Below, one piece after another: positions 26,001 to 40,259 of a stretch of 64,000 nt of DNA. A model generated the notes under the pieces. That model was not told the DNA's origin. It saw only the letters and a program-made list of their open reading frames with translations, and searched no databases. Position 1 is the first letter of the stretch. Each line of letters begins with the position of its first letter. The translations under genes were made by a program, and so were the position numbers. Source of the DNA: Eledone cirrhosa (taxonomy: Eukaryota); NCBI GenBank assembly GCA_964016885.1, contig OZ024746.1:37076001-37140000 (forward strand), given 5' to 3'.

Positions 26001-26691
26001 TGGTTGAAGCACCATATCTACAAGGAGGAGGCTAGCCCACTGTGCAGGATCTGTGGAGAGAGAGAGGAGACTGTGGCCCACATTGTGTCCGAGTGTAAAC
26101 ACCTAGCTCAGACCCACTATAACGGCTGGAGACACGATGTGATGGGCAGGGTGATCCACTGGCACCTGTGCAAAGTAAACAATTTACCACATTCTGAGAA
26201 ATGGTATGAGCATAGGCCAGAGGCGGTGATGGAGAACAATCAGGTGAAGGTGCTGTGGGATTTTAGGATACAGACGGACAAAAAACTGGAACACAATAGA
26301 CCTGACCTGGTGGTTGTGGACAAAGAAAAAAGATCGTGCCTGATTGTGGATGTGGCCTGCCCGTTCGACACGAGAGTGCAAGAGAAGGAGAGGGAGAAAA
26401 TTAACCGATACCAGGACCTAAAGTGGGAGGTGAAAAGGATTTGGAACTGCCATGAAGTCAAAGTGATCCCGATTGTCATAGGCGCACTGGGGACTATCTC
26501 CAAAAGTTTCCAGGGATGGTTAAAGAAAGTCGGCCCCTTCACGCTTTTTGGAACGCTTCAAAAGGCATGCTTGCTTGGAACAGCAAGAACCCTCCGATAC
26601 GTCCTGACTATCTGAGGCTGCAGGTAGTGGCTTGATATTCAATCCAACGGACTTTCCAGTTAACCAACATCAATGACTGAGATTCAAGGAA
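23060..26691 (+). mobile_element. Near full-length R4/Dong-type (RLE-encoding) non-LTR retrotransposon, family A
   Basis: Single long ORF broken by two frameshifts, short 3' UTR (26616-26691), followed by (AAC/AAT)n. The 5' boundary is approximate. Confidence 0.92.
23222..26615 (+). pseudogene. RT + CCHC zinc knuckle + restriction-like endonuclease polyprotein (frameshifts at ~24200 and ~24800)
   Basis: WKSPGPDG, NYRPITCL, IDYRKAFDMVPH, GIFQGDSLSPLLF, LFMDDLKL, YKYLG, CRICGEREETVAHIVSEC, RHD, RPDLVVVDK...IVDVACP, KINRY. Confidence 0.95.
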
Positions 26692-26701
26692 TAACAATAA
26701 C

Positions 26702-26740
<39 letters not shown>

Positions 26741-26742
<2 letters not shown>

Positions 26743-28480
26743 TTTCTTTATTAACCACAATGGTTTACATAAAGTAGACATTAAGGACAGTGCAGGACAA
26801 TGCAGGACGGTACAAATGGGCATTTCTGAGTGTAAAAAACAAAAACAGAGGATGTAACAAAAAATAACAATGAAAAATTCCCCAATAGGGGCAGACTTCG
26901 GAGGGACATTTGTGGAGAAAGCCCAGTAAAAAGCCACAATGACCCTGACCACCAAGGCAAGTGCCCTCTCCCAGTTTTCCACCTTTAATTTACAGATATA
27001 TACTCAGAGTAGGCCCATTCACTCGGGCCATTCTTGCTTCTCTCACCCATCTTTCAACAAAATGCTGGGAAGAGAGCACTTCCCTCTCTCCTCTGATTTT
27101 CCTTTTCAAATGAAATTTGAAAAAGTCAATCAGAGCATCACCGAAGAGGTAAGTGCTCGTCTTCAGCCCTTTCAAACGTGTCCACCATACTATCTCTTTC
27201 ACCATGGCCAACGGGCAGATAAAAACTATCTGCCCTTCCCGGCTAAAGGAGGAGGGCGGGGCAATCCTCACGATGGACTCAGATGATAGCCGGATCCGTC
27301 CTAAACGCGACAGCAGGTGTTCGACATAAACCCACAAGTCAGCAATTTTCGGACACTGGACGAGTGCGTGCAGGACGGTTTCGTCGCCCTGCGCGCATCT
27401 CGGACATGCCCGGCTGACGGCACCTCCATGCCTGTGGAGTTTATCCCGAACTGGCAAGGCTCCTCGGTAGCACTGCCAGGCCAGAGATTTCTGGAAGTTG
27501 TCCATAGGCCCTGGCCCGAAAGTTCTTCCGAAGAGATTGGCTAGTTGATTTTCGTCGACGCCTAGAGTTTCCCCAAGTACGTCGTCGCTCTTCCCCTCCA
27601 ATAATCCTCTATAGAACGCCGAGGTGGAGTTTCCACCGATCACATTGCCCGATTGGTCGAGGGCTGTGAGCGCCTGAAGACATTCCAGTCTCCAGGCGCT
27701 CCCTCTCGGTCTTCGCTTGACCCAAGACTGCAGCTCCGTCAAGGAAACGAGCTGGGGAAATACGCGTCTAGCAAACGGCGACTACACCTGATGAGCGTCG
27801 AGGAAGAGGTGGAGATGTCGTAGCCTGAGCGCGTGCCTGCGCATCATCAGCCACGGCATGCCCAGCCCTCCACGTAGCGGGTGTTGACAACAGATGGACC
27901 GCCTGACCATCGCAGCACGTCCCTTCCACAAAAAGCGAAAGAGCAAACGCTCCAGCGCAGTCAGGCGAGGCTTAGGACAAGGTACGACGGTCAGGCGGTA
28001 GCAGATGACAGACGCGATGTACGCGTTAGCCACCTCCGCTCGACCTTTCAGGGATAGTTTCCTCTCCGCCCATTTCTGGGTGAGAGAAGCCACCCTGCTC
28101 GTCACCTCGTCCCAGTTTTTGTCCGTCTGAAGGTCCTGACCGAACCAGACACCTAGCAATTTAACCGTTCCGTCCGTCCAGCGTCCGACGACGCTGTTGG
28201 ACGGCATGGACCTGCCTCTCCAGGTGCCGAGCTGCAGGCCCACTGACTTTTCCTGGTTGATCATTGCTCCTGTCACCGCTTCGTATTCTCTTACTGTAGT
28301 GCCGATCGCCTCGATGTGTTTGACGTTCAACAACACTACGGTGACATCGTCCGCATATGCTGACACGGATCTTCCGCATCCTAGTTCGCGCGGGACGCCC
28401 CTCAACGTCTCCAGTTTGTGCAGTAATGGCTCGAGAGTCAATACGTACAAGAGGGACGAGAGGGGACATCCTTGGCGGAC
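26741..28480 (-). mobile_element. 5'-truncated L1/Tx1-type LINE (RT C-half + C-terminal zinc finger) flanked on both sides by (TAA)n
   Basis: VRQGCPLSSLLYVLTLEPLL, AYADDVT, KLLGVWFG, GGLGMP, CPRC...ETVLHALVQCP; AATAAA lies just before the (ATT)n tail. The N-terminus of the predicted ORF (28481-28768) is microsatellite, not element. Confidence 0.92.
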
Positions 28481-28904
28481 TAATAATAATAATAATAATA
28501 ACGCAACAACAATAACAGCAACAACAACAACAACAACAACAACCATAACCGCAACAACAACAACAACAACAACGACAAACACCTGCATATATATATATAC
28601 ATGATTGGGTTTACGCATGTGTCTCCCTATGAGAGAGATTTTTAGTATTATTGTGAGTATGCCTGTACAAATATATAAAAATGTATATAAGTATGTATGT
28701 ATGTATACGTTCATACATACATGTATACAGACGTACAGTAGTATGTATATATATACATACAAGCACACACATATATATGCACGTATCGGTTTACCGAAAA
28801 TTTATTATAATGTTCCGTTTGTTTGTTTGTAAACAAACAAACAGCCCGAATTACGCCGTACAGTGTTTAGGCAACCACGTCACCCTTTTGTTCAACACTG
28901 ACAC

Positions 28905-28961
28905 AGGAACGATGTACTAGTTTCAAGCTTATTAGCTATCGTCAGCATCGTATACCTTCCT
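28905..28961 (-). ncRNA. Type I minimal hammerhead ribozyme (best-preserved copy)
   Basis: Minus strand: AGGAA-GGTATA-CGATG-CTGACGA-T-AGCT-AATA-AGCT-T-GAAA-C-TA-G-TA-CATCG-TTCCT. Bulged stem I, intact core, palindromic ACTAGT, GUA site. Confidence 0.88.
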
Positions 28962-29341
28962 GCACGATGCTTGAACGTCTGAAGGTATATACTTTCCTGA
29001 TGCATATTAACTGCTGAGCAGCCTAATTTGCATATCGAGTGAGTTCAGTCGGCTGGGCGCACCGAAAACGATAAATGGAATAGAATGAAACGAAATTTCA
29101 TTTCTCACTCTTAGTACGGCACTTACTTAAATGTAAATATGTATGTATGTATACGTTCATACATATATGTATACATACGTACAGTAGTATGTATATATAT
29201 ACATACATGCACACATATATATATATATGCACGTATCGGTTTACCGAACATTTATTATAATGCTCGGTTTGTTTGTTTGTAATTACGCCGTACATTGTTT
29301 AGGCAACCACGTCACCTTTTTGACCAACACTGACACAGGAA

Positions 29342-29382
29342 CGATGTACTAGTTTCAAGCTTATTATCTATCGTCAGCATGG
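29342..29382 (-). ncRNA. Type I minimal hammerhead ribozyme (second unit)
   Basis: Same motif with intact core; one stem II and one stem I substitution. Confidence 0.75.
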
Positions 29383-29678
29383 TACACCTTCCTGCCAGAT
29401 GGTTGCACGATTGAAAGTATATACTTTCCTTATGCATATTAACGGCTGAGCAGCCTGATTTGCATATATATATACTATCGTACGTCTGTATTCATATATG
29501 TATGAACGTATACATACATACAAACTTACATTTAAGTAAGTGCCGTACTAAGAGTGAGAAATGAACTTTCGTTTCATTCTATTCCATTTATTGAAATGAA
29601 TATATATATATATATCTATATATCTATATCTATATATATATATATATATATATGTGTGTATGTGTGTGTGTGGGGGGG

Positions 29679-29765
<87 letters not shown>

Positions 29766-30747
29766 TTCATCTAATCATATAATAACGGGCAACGTTTTAT
29801 ACGATTCTAAGATTACTGCTGTACTACCTTTCTTTATATGTCTTCAAGCAGTTCATTAATACGATAGAAGTAATGAAATGTAGACATTTGAAAAGAGACC
29901 TCTGTGTTTTGCTGATAGCTTCTATTTATATTTCCGGTACTATAAAAGTAATTATTTGGTGTTTTATTTCAATTGAATACACAAGATGAGTTACTCGCAA
30001 TGTAAATGAGAAATGAAACTTGCTGTAGCCAGAAAATACCAATATAATAGTGTTATCCTTTATAACGGCAATTTCCCTTTAAAAAAATGACAATATTAGT
30101 ATGTGCATTGGAAAGAGACAAGGAGAGTACAGGTGAGAGAACAGGTGACACATTGAGGGGGAGAGATAGAGAGGGAGAATAAGAAGTAAGGACGAACAGC
30201 AGGCACCATATTGTATTAGTAAAGCGAAATCTTTGTTATTACTGTCATCCAAATTACAGCGAGCTCATAAAAACTATATATTGATCTGAAAATCTTTTTA
30301 AAAAAGCTGAAGGGACAGTTTTTACGCGGTCGCTCAGTATACTACAAAAAGCGTTTACATCTCTCATTTCACACCACTTAGTCATAAAAAGGTGACGTGT
30401 AGGAGACAGTGAATTCTATAATATTAAAATAGAAAAACGAATAGCCAAGAACAAAACTCATTGGACAGTTGGATAAGGTTTGATATACCACAAAATAACA
30501 AAATAATTTTTAAAAATATATAAAAGACATCAAAAACAATATAACACCGTATTTCGAAGCTACAACTTATAGTAAAATAGATCTCAAAATTCGTATTGAA
30601 AGAGTACACATTACACAATATAACGCTAAACTCAAGTAGTGTGATGACAACCATTACAAAACTCCTATTTGAGAAAGATAACATCGAGGCTGAGTAAGAT
30701 AAAGAGGGACAAAACAATTCCATGGGCCATGGAAGATACTATATATA

Positions 30748-30855
<108 letters not shown>

Positions 30856-31329
30856 TGTGTGTATGTGTGTGTGTGTGTGTGTCTGTGTGTATGTGTGTGT
30901 ATGTGTATGTGCATGTGTGTGTGCCTGTTTTCGTGCGTACTTGTGTGTTTCTCTCTGTGTGTGTGTGTCTGTGTATGGGTGTGTGTGTGTGGGTGCGCGC
31001 GTGTGTAAACACAGTCGAAATATGATTGTTGTTGTTCAAATAGAATTATATATAGTCAAGTCTTGGTAAATATTTCATTGAAATAATGGCAATTGTTAAA
31101 GCTCTCCTATTTATGTATCTCTCATTATTGCACGGTTCGCATTGCTCCAGGTGTTCCTACTTGAAATTGAATGCAGGGGTGCCTACTTCATATACGTTAT
31201 CTGAGTTTATAATTTTCTGAAATTTCTCTTTTCTATATTTCTATAAGTTACATTGACGCATCGCTGTGTACATGTACTTTGCACAATACACACACATACA
31301 CACACACACATATATATAACATTATTCTG

Positions 31330-31517
31330 CTTCTTCACTCACTTATTCGCGGGAGGGTCCTAGGAACAAAGTCCACAAACACTCCGTCCAGTTGGTCCTG
31401 TGAGAAGCAACGCTCACCTACTGAACAAGCTGTATACCAAAACAAGTCCAGCCAACCGTATTGCTCAGGGTCTCCTGGTTTGATTTGCCCGTAAAATCTG
31501 CCCACCGATTCCTTCAT
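31330..31517 (-). mobile_element. RTE-like LINE extreme 3' fragment
   Basis: Similar to the 3' ends at ~3130-3350 and ~36460-36670 (shared TTTGCCCGTAAAATC on the + strand). Confidence 0.6.
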
Positions 31518-34028
31518 ATTTATATATATATATATAAATATTATATATTTATAAAAAATCTCCTAACGTTTTGATATATATTTATAAATGGAAAAATAAA
31601 TCGTTATGACATTCTAGGTTTTGAAAAATCAATGACTGAGCTTTTCGTTATTTAGAAGGGTTCTCTATTTATGTTCCAAATACTTTGATGAATATCCATA
31701 TATTTTTGTTTAATTTTACCGGTTCAGATATGTTTACTGACGTTTCAAAGAAATTTTATATATACCTTTATATTAAATGTTCTTTTTCCTTTGGTTGTTG
31801 CGAATGTCTTCAGCTATGGGTGCCCGATGAAGGACAATACGCATTGCTTTCCACACAGACAATAATCTCACGTCATATATTTGTTTTACAATTTGTTATC
31901 ATCTTGAAACTCAGAGGTGTAACTAAATTATAATTATTTTAGATTACATACATTGCCGTATCGGTTTTTGATAAGAAAATGCCCTTCTGTAATGAAGTTC
32001 AACTTTTTAATGTCACTTTAGACCGATGCATTTCGTATTTCATTGAAATTAAGAAATATGTACGAGAAGGATTAGTCTGTAATCGATGAAACCCAATAGT
32101 GCAGTACATTTCCATGGCCATATTCCAATATTAAATCCATTAAAAGATTAAAAGAGTAATCAATGGATGTTGCCAAAACAAATAGTTTGCAAGAAAAAAC
32201 AATTATTTAAAACTTAGTTGCTTTGTGATTGCAATGCAACAGGCACTTCGTGGTAAAGCGGAGAACACTGGCAACCACTGAACCACCAATCCCATTGTTG
32301 GGAACGCCAATACATTGCCAGCAGCTTGCAGAGAATCAACAGTCACAGTAATAGTAAGAGGAAGTACAGATTCCTGCAGCACAAGTAACAGGTATTAAAT
32401 TCATAAGTCAACAAATAAACTTCTACGACGCGGTATCACCAGCAAAACCCAACAGCCAAATATATATCAAATGATTATGTACTATCACAGATATAGAAAT
32501 TGCTTAATGGTTCATATAGTTTGGTTTACCGTTAAAATGATAATAAGCTTACTCGAACAGACTTTTACAATAGGACCCCTATTATTGTGAATGCGGGTGG
32601 CACACTATCGACGCCCCGTCAAGAAAATAAGATGGAGTTATCACGGCTAGAATGCTTTGAGAGAAAAAAATTCCATAAGGAATATTAGAGCAGTTATTAT
32701 CACGCAAACAATCAATTAATCAACTCAAGTAATACTGTGAATGCAATAATGATGCATGAAACCTCGAATAAAAATATTAAAAAGAAACGTTATAAAAAAA
32801 TAGACCATATAGTCTCAAATATCATGTGCAGCTACACATAGCAGCAATATCACACATCCATAACCACAAATCATAATAAATCATAGCAGTTGTAATAGTC
32901 AACTACATGTAGATATTATACGTAAATGCATATACAATTAATTAACATACACCGGGTAAAACAAAATAAAATGAAAATTAGTCTAAAAACGTCCTTATGC
33001 CCCTGAAGTAATACAGTTACACGGCGTTCGCAACGTTGTTATGCTGAGCCTGTTGATACATGTGTTTGTGGCAGGTTGCGGCATATCGCCGCTGTTGTTT
33101 TGCCCGTGTTTATCCTTAATAGCATATAATTGCATTCAAACAAGAATTCGACTGAATTGTCTTTCTATATTCACAGAATACATACAGCATTTCATATCTA
33201 AATTTCTGACATATTTTTAATAATTGTAGCGTACGGCTTACAGCGATATTGCGAATATTTATTTGTAGAAGATAAAATGACCACGAAGCGTTACCTTGAG
33301 AGAGTTGTAGTAATTTACACATATATAAGTTGAGGCTGTGAGACTACAAAAAACCTGTGGACTATTATGAATAGTTAGAAGTCTATGTATATGTTTATTT
33401 AAGATGTTTTATTATCATTAGATTTTCGATGTGGCTTTCTTAATACATGTTTCTGTCATATCTTCGTTTAGTTAATTACATGCTTCCATAATTAATAAAA
33501 TCACCTACGTAAACAAGCATGTCCACAGAAGATAGAGCAAGCGCACTGCCTCGTTGAGTTTCCTTTAAACAGATCTGTACAAAACAAAAATAAAATGCGA
33601 TATATGCAACACTGGCAACTTGCACATGAAAAGACAACAGCAATGTAAACATGTAACAAATGAAACAATACAACGCACACAACTGAATTTCCAGCGTATG
33701 AGCGACATCAGTATAATTTGTTCAGTTTAATTTAACTCATTATCAAAGAATAATTTATAAATATTGCATGGAAAATTAAGTATAACGACACTCTGTAATA
33801 ACATCGACTATATGACTATTGGAAATTAATGCAACAATCTAAGTCAATACAAATTTATAACGAAAATAGAAAGCAACAAATAAAACCAGAAAAAATTATA
33901 AAACATAAAAAAATTACATCTAATTGTTTGAAACATAGTTTCGTTAATTATGTTGTTATAATTCGTTTAAATCTTTTCTTGTTTCCATTTATTTGCTGTC
34001 AATATTTTTCAAAATGTCTTTTGTATCT

Positions 34029-34399
<371 letters not shown>

Positions 34400-34673
34400 T
34401 TGTGTGTGTGTGTATGTGTGCATGTGAGGCGGATATATATATGCATAAATGTTTGGATATACACATGATATATATATATATATATAGAGAGAAAGAGAAA
34501 TGTTTAGAGAGACATATAGAGAGATAGATAGCGAGAGAGGGTTGAGTGATGTTGTGTGTCGGTAGATTGGTTCTTTTAGATTATGTTTTGTTTTTTCAAT
34601 GTTCATAATTTCATTAGACGATCTGAAGTTTACTACCGTTACTATGATGTTTTACAAGAATTCTTGTGTAACT

Positions 34674-34702
34674 AGTTAAACCAATATGCATATAGAAATA
34701 AC

Positions 34703-34734
<32 letters not shown>

Positions 34735-34758
34735 GTTATTTCTATATGCATATTGGTT

Positions 34759-34763
<5 letters not shown>
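34674..34763. repeat. Perfect ~31 bp inverted repeat around (TA)n, within (TA)n
   Basis: AGTTAAACCAATATGCATATAGAAATAACTA / TAGTTATTTCTATATGCATATTGGTTTAACT. Confidence 0.93.
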
Positions 34764-34812
<49 letters not shown>

Positions 34813-34830
34813 CATACATACATATATATA

Positions 34831-34874
<44 letters not shown>

Positions 34875-35039
34875 TTATATATTTATATATATATACATAT
34901 ATATATACACGCAGATGAAAACATATGCACATACTTTCAAACAAATACAAACAATGTACACGCATCCGCACACACACACACACACACATGCACATATGTA
35001 CCCACATCCACATGCACACACACACACATGCACACACAT

Positions 35040-35077
<38 letters not shown>

Positions 35078-35091
35078 ATACACACACACAT

Positions 35092-35142
<51 letters not shown>

Positions 35143-35777
35143 TATATATATATATAAGTATATATAAACATGTATATTCATTTTGCTGATTTATGTTCAT
35201 AGTCTTTGGTTGCGTTTTCTGTAACAAATCGGCAAATCAGAAATGAATTTCTAAATAGAGATAAAAATTATATCAGCACCATAACATTAATAAAATAAAA
35301 TACATGACTCTTCGAAAAGAACACAAAAAATATGAAAAAAATGTAACGAAAATAAAATTCTATAATAAACATTATAACTAAATTTGCCAGCCATTTTGTA
35401 TTATAAATTTCATTTCATGTGAGAAAACGTTATCAACTTAACTGATATCTTAATCAAATATTAATTAAAAGATGTAATTCACTGGATTCCCTATACATTG
35501 TGTTGCTATTCATTGTTCCCGCCATGTTTTTATATCTTTATATTAATTACTTAAGATATATAGTTTTCTTGTGTTCAATTATTTTCTTCGCTCTTTCTTT
35601 GTATTCTGAATGTTTTATTGAATTCCGCTAGTTTTTGTTCATTAATTTCGTTGTGTGGTGGAAAATGTCTGGTGAGATCGGGTATGTTACACATTTACTA
35701 CTATAACTGCATTTCTTAATACTGATTCACTTGTTCAATTTTTATGTTTTCATATTAATTTTTTTCTTATTTCCCTT

Positions 35778-35854
<77 letters not shown>

Positions 35855-36459
35855 TCATGACAAACACAACATTAACCAATATTCATACGTAATGAGTTTT
35901 TCTTAGAGCATTCGTTATAATATTTCTGACGGGAGAATCTGAAAGAATCTCGTTAGAAATGGTTAAATGAATTTCGCATATTAAAAATAGAAATATTATA
36001 ACTACATAACAAATTATCATAGTCTTATGTGAAGGCTACCCACAATGTGACACAGCCATCTATTCAGGTTAGAAATGTTAGTAAATATAAAACTATGCAT
36101 CTGTGATGAGAAGTATTAAAACACATCACAAGTTGTCTATGTAGTACTCATATTTTGAATAACTTTACACTGCATACTACTTATAATTCAATTTCGAATA
36201 ATTTGAATTCTCTGGTCACTGTTCATCTCAACCATAAATAATTTAGTTTAATAAAAATGACTGCCTAACTGTGAAACGAAGTTACTTCTCATTATAACTG
36301 ATTTAATTTCAGCAAATACCACAGTGTATCCTCGTACAAACTCATTCCATAAAAATCTCTATCGACGGAAAAAACATCGTACTATAATATACGATACAGT
36401 TGAATATCTTCGGATAATTAGAATACAACCATGTGGCGTTCTTGGCAACGATAGATTAG

Positions 36460-37330
36460 TTATTCCTAGTGATGAGCGGGGTGTTGGCGCAAAGTCCTTA
36501 AGCACTCCGTTCAGCAGGTCCTGTCTACAACTGATGCGACATGATCCCTAAGCGTAACGAGGCAATATTATGGATGTTATCCAAGCTTCTTGCTTGGGGC
36601 TCTATCCTGAGTCTCCTGCCTGTAGGTTTTGCCCGTAAAATCCGTCCAGTGATTCTTTCCTGAGACATTCTAAACAATAATATTAGAGCTGTTCTCTCTC
36701 AATTCGGAGAAGCAGTGGCTCTATCTGGAGTGGTCTCAGAGATACACAATCTATTGAGTAACATCAGTCCAATGACCCTTCACAGGTACATTCCGCCGCT
36801 TGTATTAGCGATCATATTTAGTCATTACACAAGATGAATGACCCTAGGTACGTTTTTGAAGGTTTACCGAATTGAAGTTAGCGATTTTGGTATTTAAACC
36901 TAGCTCTCTTTTTTCAGATAATCTAATGCTCATCCTGCAGCTGTCTTGCACTTAATTAAAAACTGCTGCCTTCCATTACTTGTGAACGTCTCCACATACA
37001 TCACTGGAAGTCATTACACTTAAATAGTGCACTACGCCGGCTTCCTTGAAAGGAAGAGTGCCTCAGTATTTGCAACGCTGATTTTGATTCCAGCCATGGG
37101 GCACTCGGCATAAAACCATCAAATGCAAGTCGGAAATCACCTTCTGTCGAGTTAAGAAACACTATGTCGATTGTAATTTTCAGCCGACTGATTTTAGACC
37201 CACCAGTTGTAATACAACTTCTACCCGGGCAGCGCATGTCAGTCTTGTTCCAGTAAATGATAAACAGGCGAGTTAAGAGTACGCTCCTTTGACGGAGTCT
37301 GACACATGCATAGAATTATTTCGTTTTAGT
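36460..37330 (-). mobile_element. Decayed RTE-like LINE fragment
   Basis: The 3' region matches the other RTE ends (GGTTTTGCCCGTAAAATC, TCCTGAGACATT). The upstream part near 37260-37300 resembles the RT 'RQG...SPLLF' region on the minus strand; frames are broken. Confidence 0.6.
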
Positions 37331-37520
37331 TACTCAGCAAATGTTTTAAGGCGTCAGCATTAGAAATAATTAGAAACAGACATTTAGTAAATTTAGCTTT
37401 AAACGATACATATAAAATATATATCTCATATATATGTTTCTCAATAACAAAGCTCCACGAACGTTAATTCATAACCCTCAATTATATATATATATATATA
37501 TATGTATATGAACATATATA

Positions 37521-38316
<796 letters not shown>

Positions 38317-38510
38317 ATAATGCATGTTTACGTGTGTATGGAGGTGTGTTTGCCTTTGTGTGACTTGATGTGTAAGTTGGTGTGGACGTACATGCTTCTT
38401 TGCATATGGCAACATCCAAACTTTTTTTGTCTTCATTATATAACAATCACTATATAAGTCTTGGCTTAAAAATATTTCATATGTACAGACTCATACCAAA
38501 GGATACATAA

Positions 38511-38584
<74 letters not shown>

Positions 38585-38635
38585 ATGTGAGAGAGAGAGA
38601 GCGTGCGCGTGCGTATGTGTGTGCGTGTGCGTGTT

Positions 38636-38672
<37 letters not shown>

Positions 38673-38690
38673 CATTTCAAGTTATCAAGA

Positions 38691-38876
38691 ATTGTTTCTA
38701 CTGTTAGGCACAAGGCCAGCAATTACCCAGTGCATTTCTGGTACTTTATTTTATCGACCCCGTAAGGATGAAAGGGAAAGTTAACCTCGGCGGGATTTGA
38801 TCTCAGAATGGCAAGGGCCTGTAACTCCATGCGTCAAATCATCGTGTCCGACCCTCTACCGATACTGCCAATTCAC
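38691..38876 (-). mobile_element. tRNA-derived SINE copy
   Basis: Reverse complement of the 18461 family (CTGGTACTTTATTTTATCGACCCCGTAAGGATGAAAGG). Confidence 0.87.
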
Positions 38877-39017
38877 ATAATGTAGTGATAATATATCGTC
38901 ATGTTAGAGAGGAACAGCGTACCTGTAGGTTTGCTCAACGAGTATAAATTATATTCCGGAGAAAATGTAGAAAAGATGAATATAAAATGAAAGTGCTTTT
39001 ATAAAGGAATTTATTAG

Positions 39018-39137
39018 GTATTGACATATGTTTCTGTAACAGACGGAATACCTATGTATCGCTGCTTGCATAATCATATAATGTTAGCATGTATTCGATA
39101 GCAAATGTATATTCAGTTGTCACTTCTTCAGAGATAC
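39018..39137 (-). ncRNA. Type I hammerhead ribozyme with extended stem II
   Basis: Reverse complement of the 40726-40845 motif; core intact. Confidence 0.72.
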
Positions 39138-39772
39138 TGGATAAATTGGAAAACATCAGAAAAATTGAAGTATATATATAAGTTGTAAGCAAGGAAGAAG
39201 GAAGGGGATAGTATATGACAGATGGCAATTGAATTTACTGGTCAACAAGTATATAAAAGGTTTCTTATGAGAATACAATGAGTATATCGCTTATTTTATC
39301 TAAATAAGAATGTTTGTGTGTGCCTATTTCAATCTATACTTGACCAAATGAACAATGGACAGGGCTTGTCGTTTGGTGTAGTAGTATTAATAGATATAAA
39401 GTGTTAATTAAGGAAGAGGGAGATTTTCACTGCTACTGTATAACAACAATGCTGGTAGCCTGGTGGTATATGCATTAGGCGATTGAATTACGAAATCACA
39501 TTTTATTTTTAGCAGTTTATATTAAATAGTAAAGAATAGAAGATTTAATAGAATGAAGACTAATAGAAAATGTTAATATGTATTTTGACAATCAAACGGA
39601 GATGGAAACAGGTGTTCAATCCTGGTAGCATTTGTAATATGAAAATGTAGATTTCAAGCGATGGTTACAGTATAACGATCGCTCTATTCTGTTATTTAAT
39701 AAAATAAAATATTTTTGGATTTCATAATACAAAATAATTCCCTATTACACAATTTACAAAATTCCTGTCCTT

Positions 39773-39856
39773 GGATTCGATAGTACATTTGTATATGATG
39801 TTGCGTTCAAGACACTGATTGTTCAACGGACACATTCCTTGTTGGACACAGTTACA
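39773..39856 (-). pseudogene. Naiad-type CxCx5Cx5C linker and first strand of a GIY-YIG endonuclease
   Basis: Manual translation CNCVQQGMCPLNNQCLERNIIYKCTIES. Confidence 0.85.
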
Positions 39857-39911
39857 GTTATAATTTTTCGTTGTTGTATTGCCATGGATGGGTTGATGAG
39901 GTTGCTTAGGC

Positions 39912-40259
39912 AGGACGGGATGGTGGTACTATGTGGGGTCTAGAGCTACCTCCTTCAAATATCGCCTTTATAGACATCGTTACTCGATAAAACATGAAAG
40001 CCAGCGTTATGTAACAACACTCGCAGCCAAGGCTTGGCAGATGCGCTAAAATAACCAACAATTTAACCTAAAATGGGATATAATAGTTTCTGCTCCTGCT
40101 TTGTCCCAAGGACAGGAATTTGGTAAATTGTGTAATATGGAATTATTTTGTATTATGAAATCCAAAAATATGTTATTAAATAACAGAATAGAGCGATCGT
40201 TATACTGTAACCATCGCTTGAAATCTACATTTTCACATTACAAACGCTACCAGGATTGA
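39912..40259 (+). pseudogene. PLE GIY-YIG endonuclease, YIG half to the C-terminus (one internal stop at 40047)
   Basis: RTGWWYYVGSRATSFKYRLYRHRYSIKHESQRYVTTLAAKAWQMR*NNQQFNLKWDIIVSAPALSQGQEFGKLCNMELFCIMKSKNMLLNNRIERSLYCNHRLKSTFSHYKRYQD*; shows the YVG, conserved R/H, E and LN motifs. Confidence 0.88.

Larger units (their letters stand above)
28670..29591 (-). mobile_element. Non-coding HHR-bearing tandem repeat (432 bp period, ~1.9 units) plus an inverted 113 bp fragment (29479-29591)
   Basis: HHR motifs at 28910 and 29342; 29479-29591 is the reverse complement of ~29071-29181; same family as 41653-42465. Confidence 0.88.

Noticed and set aside
40047-40049. Selenocysteine recoding in the Naiad-type endonuclease
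   Set aside because: The in-frame stop is TAA, not TGA, and the motif cysteines are ordinary TGT codons.
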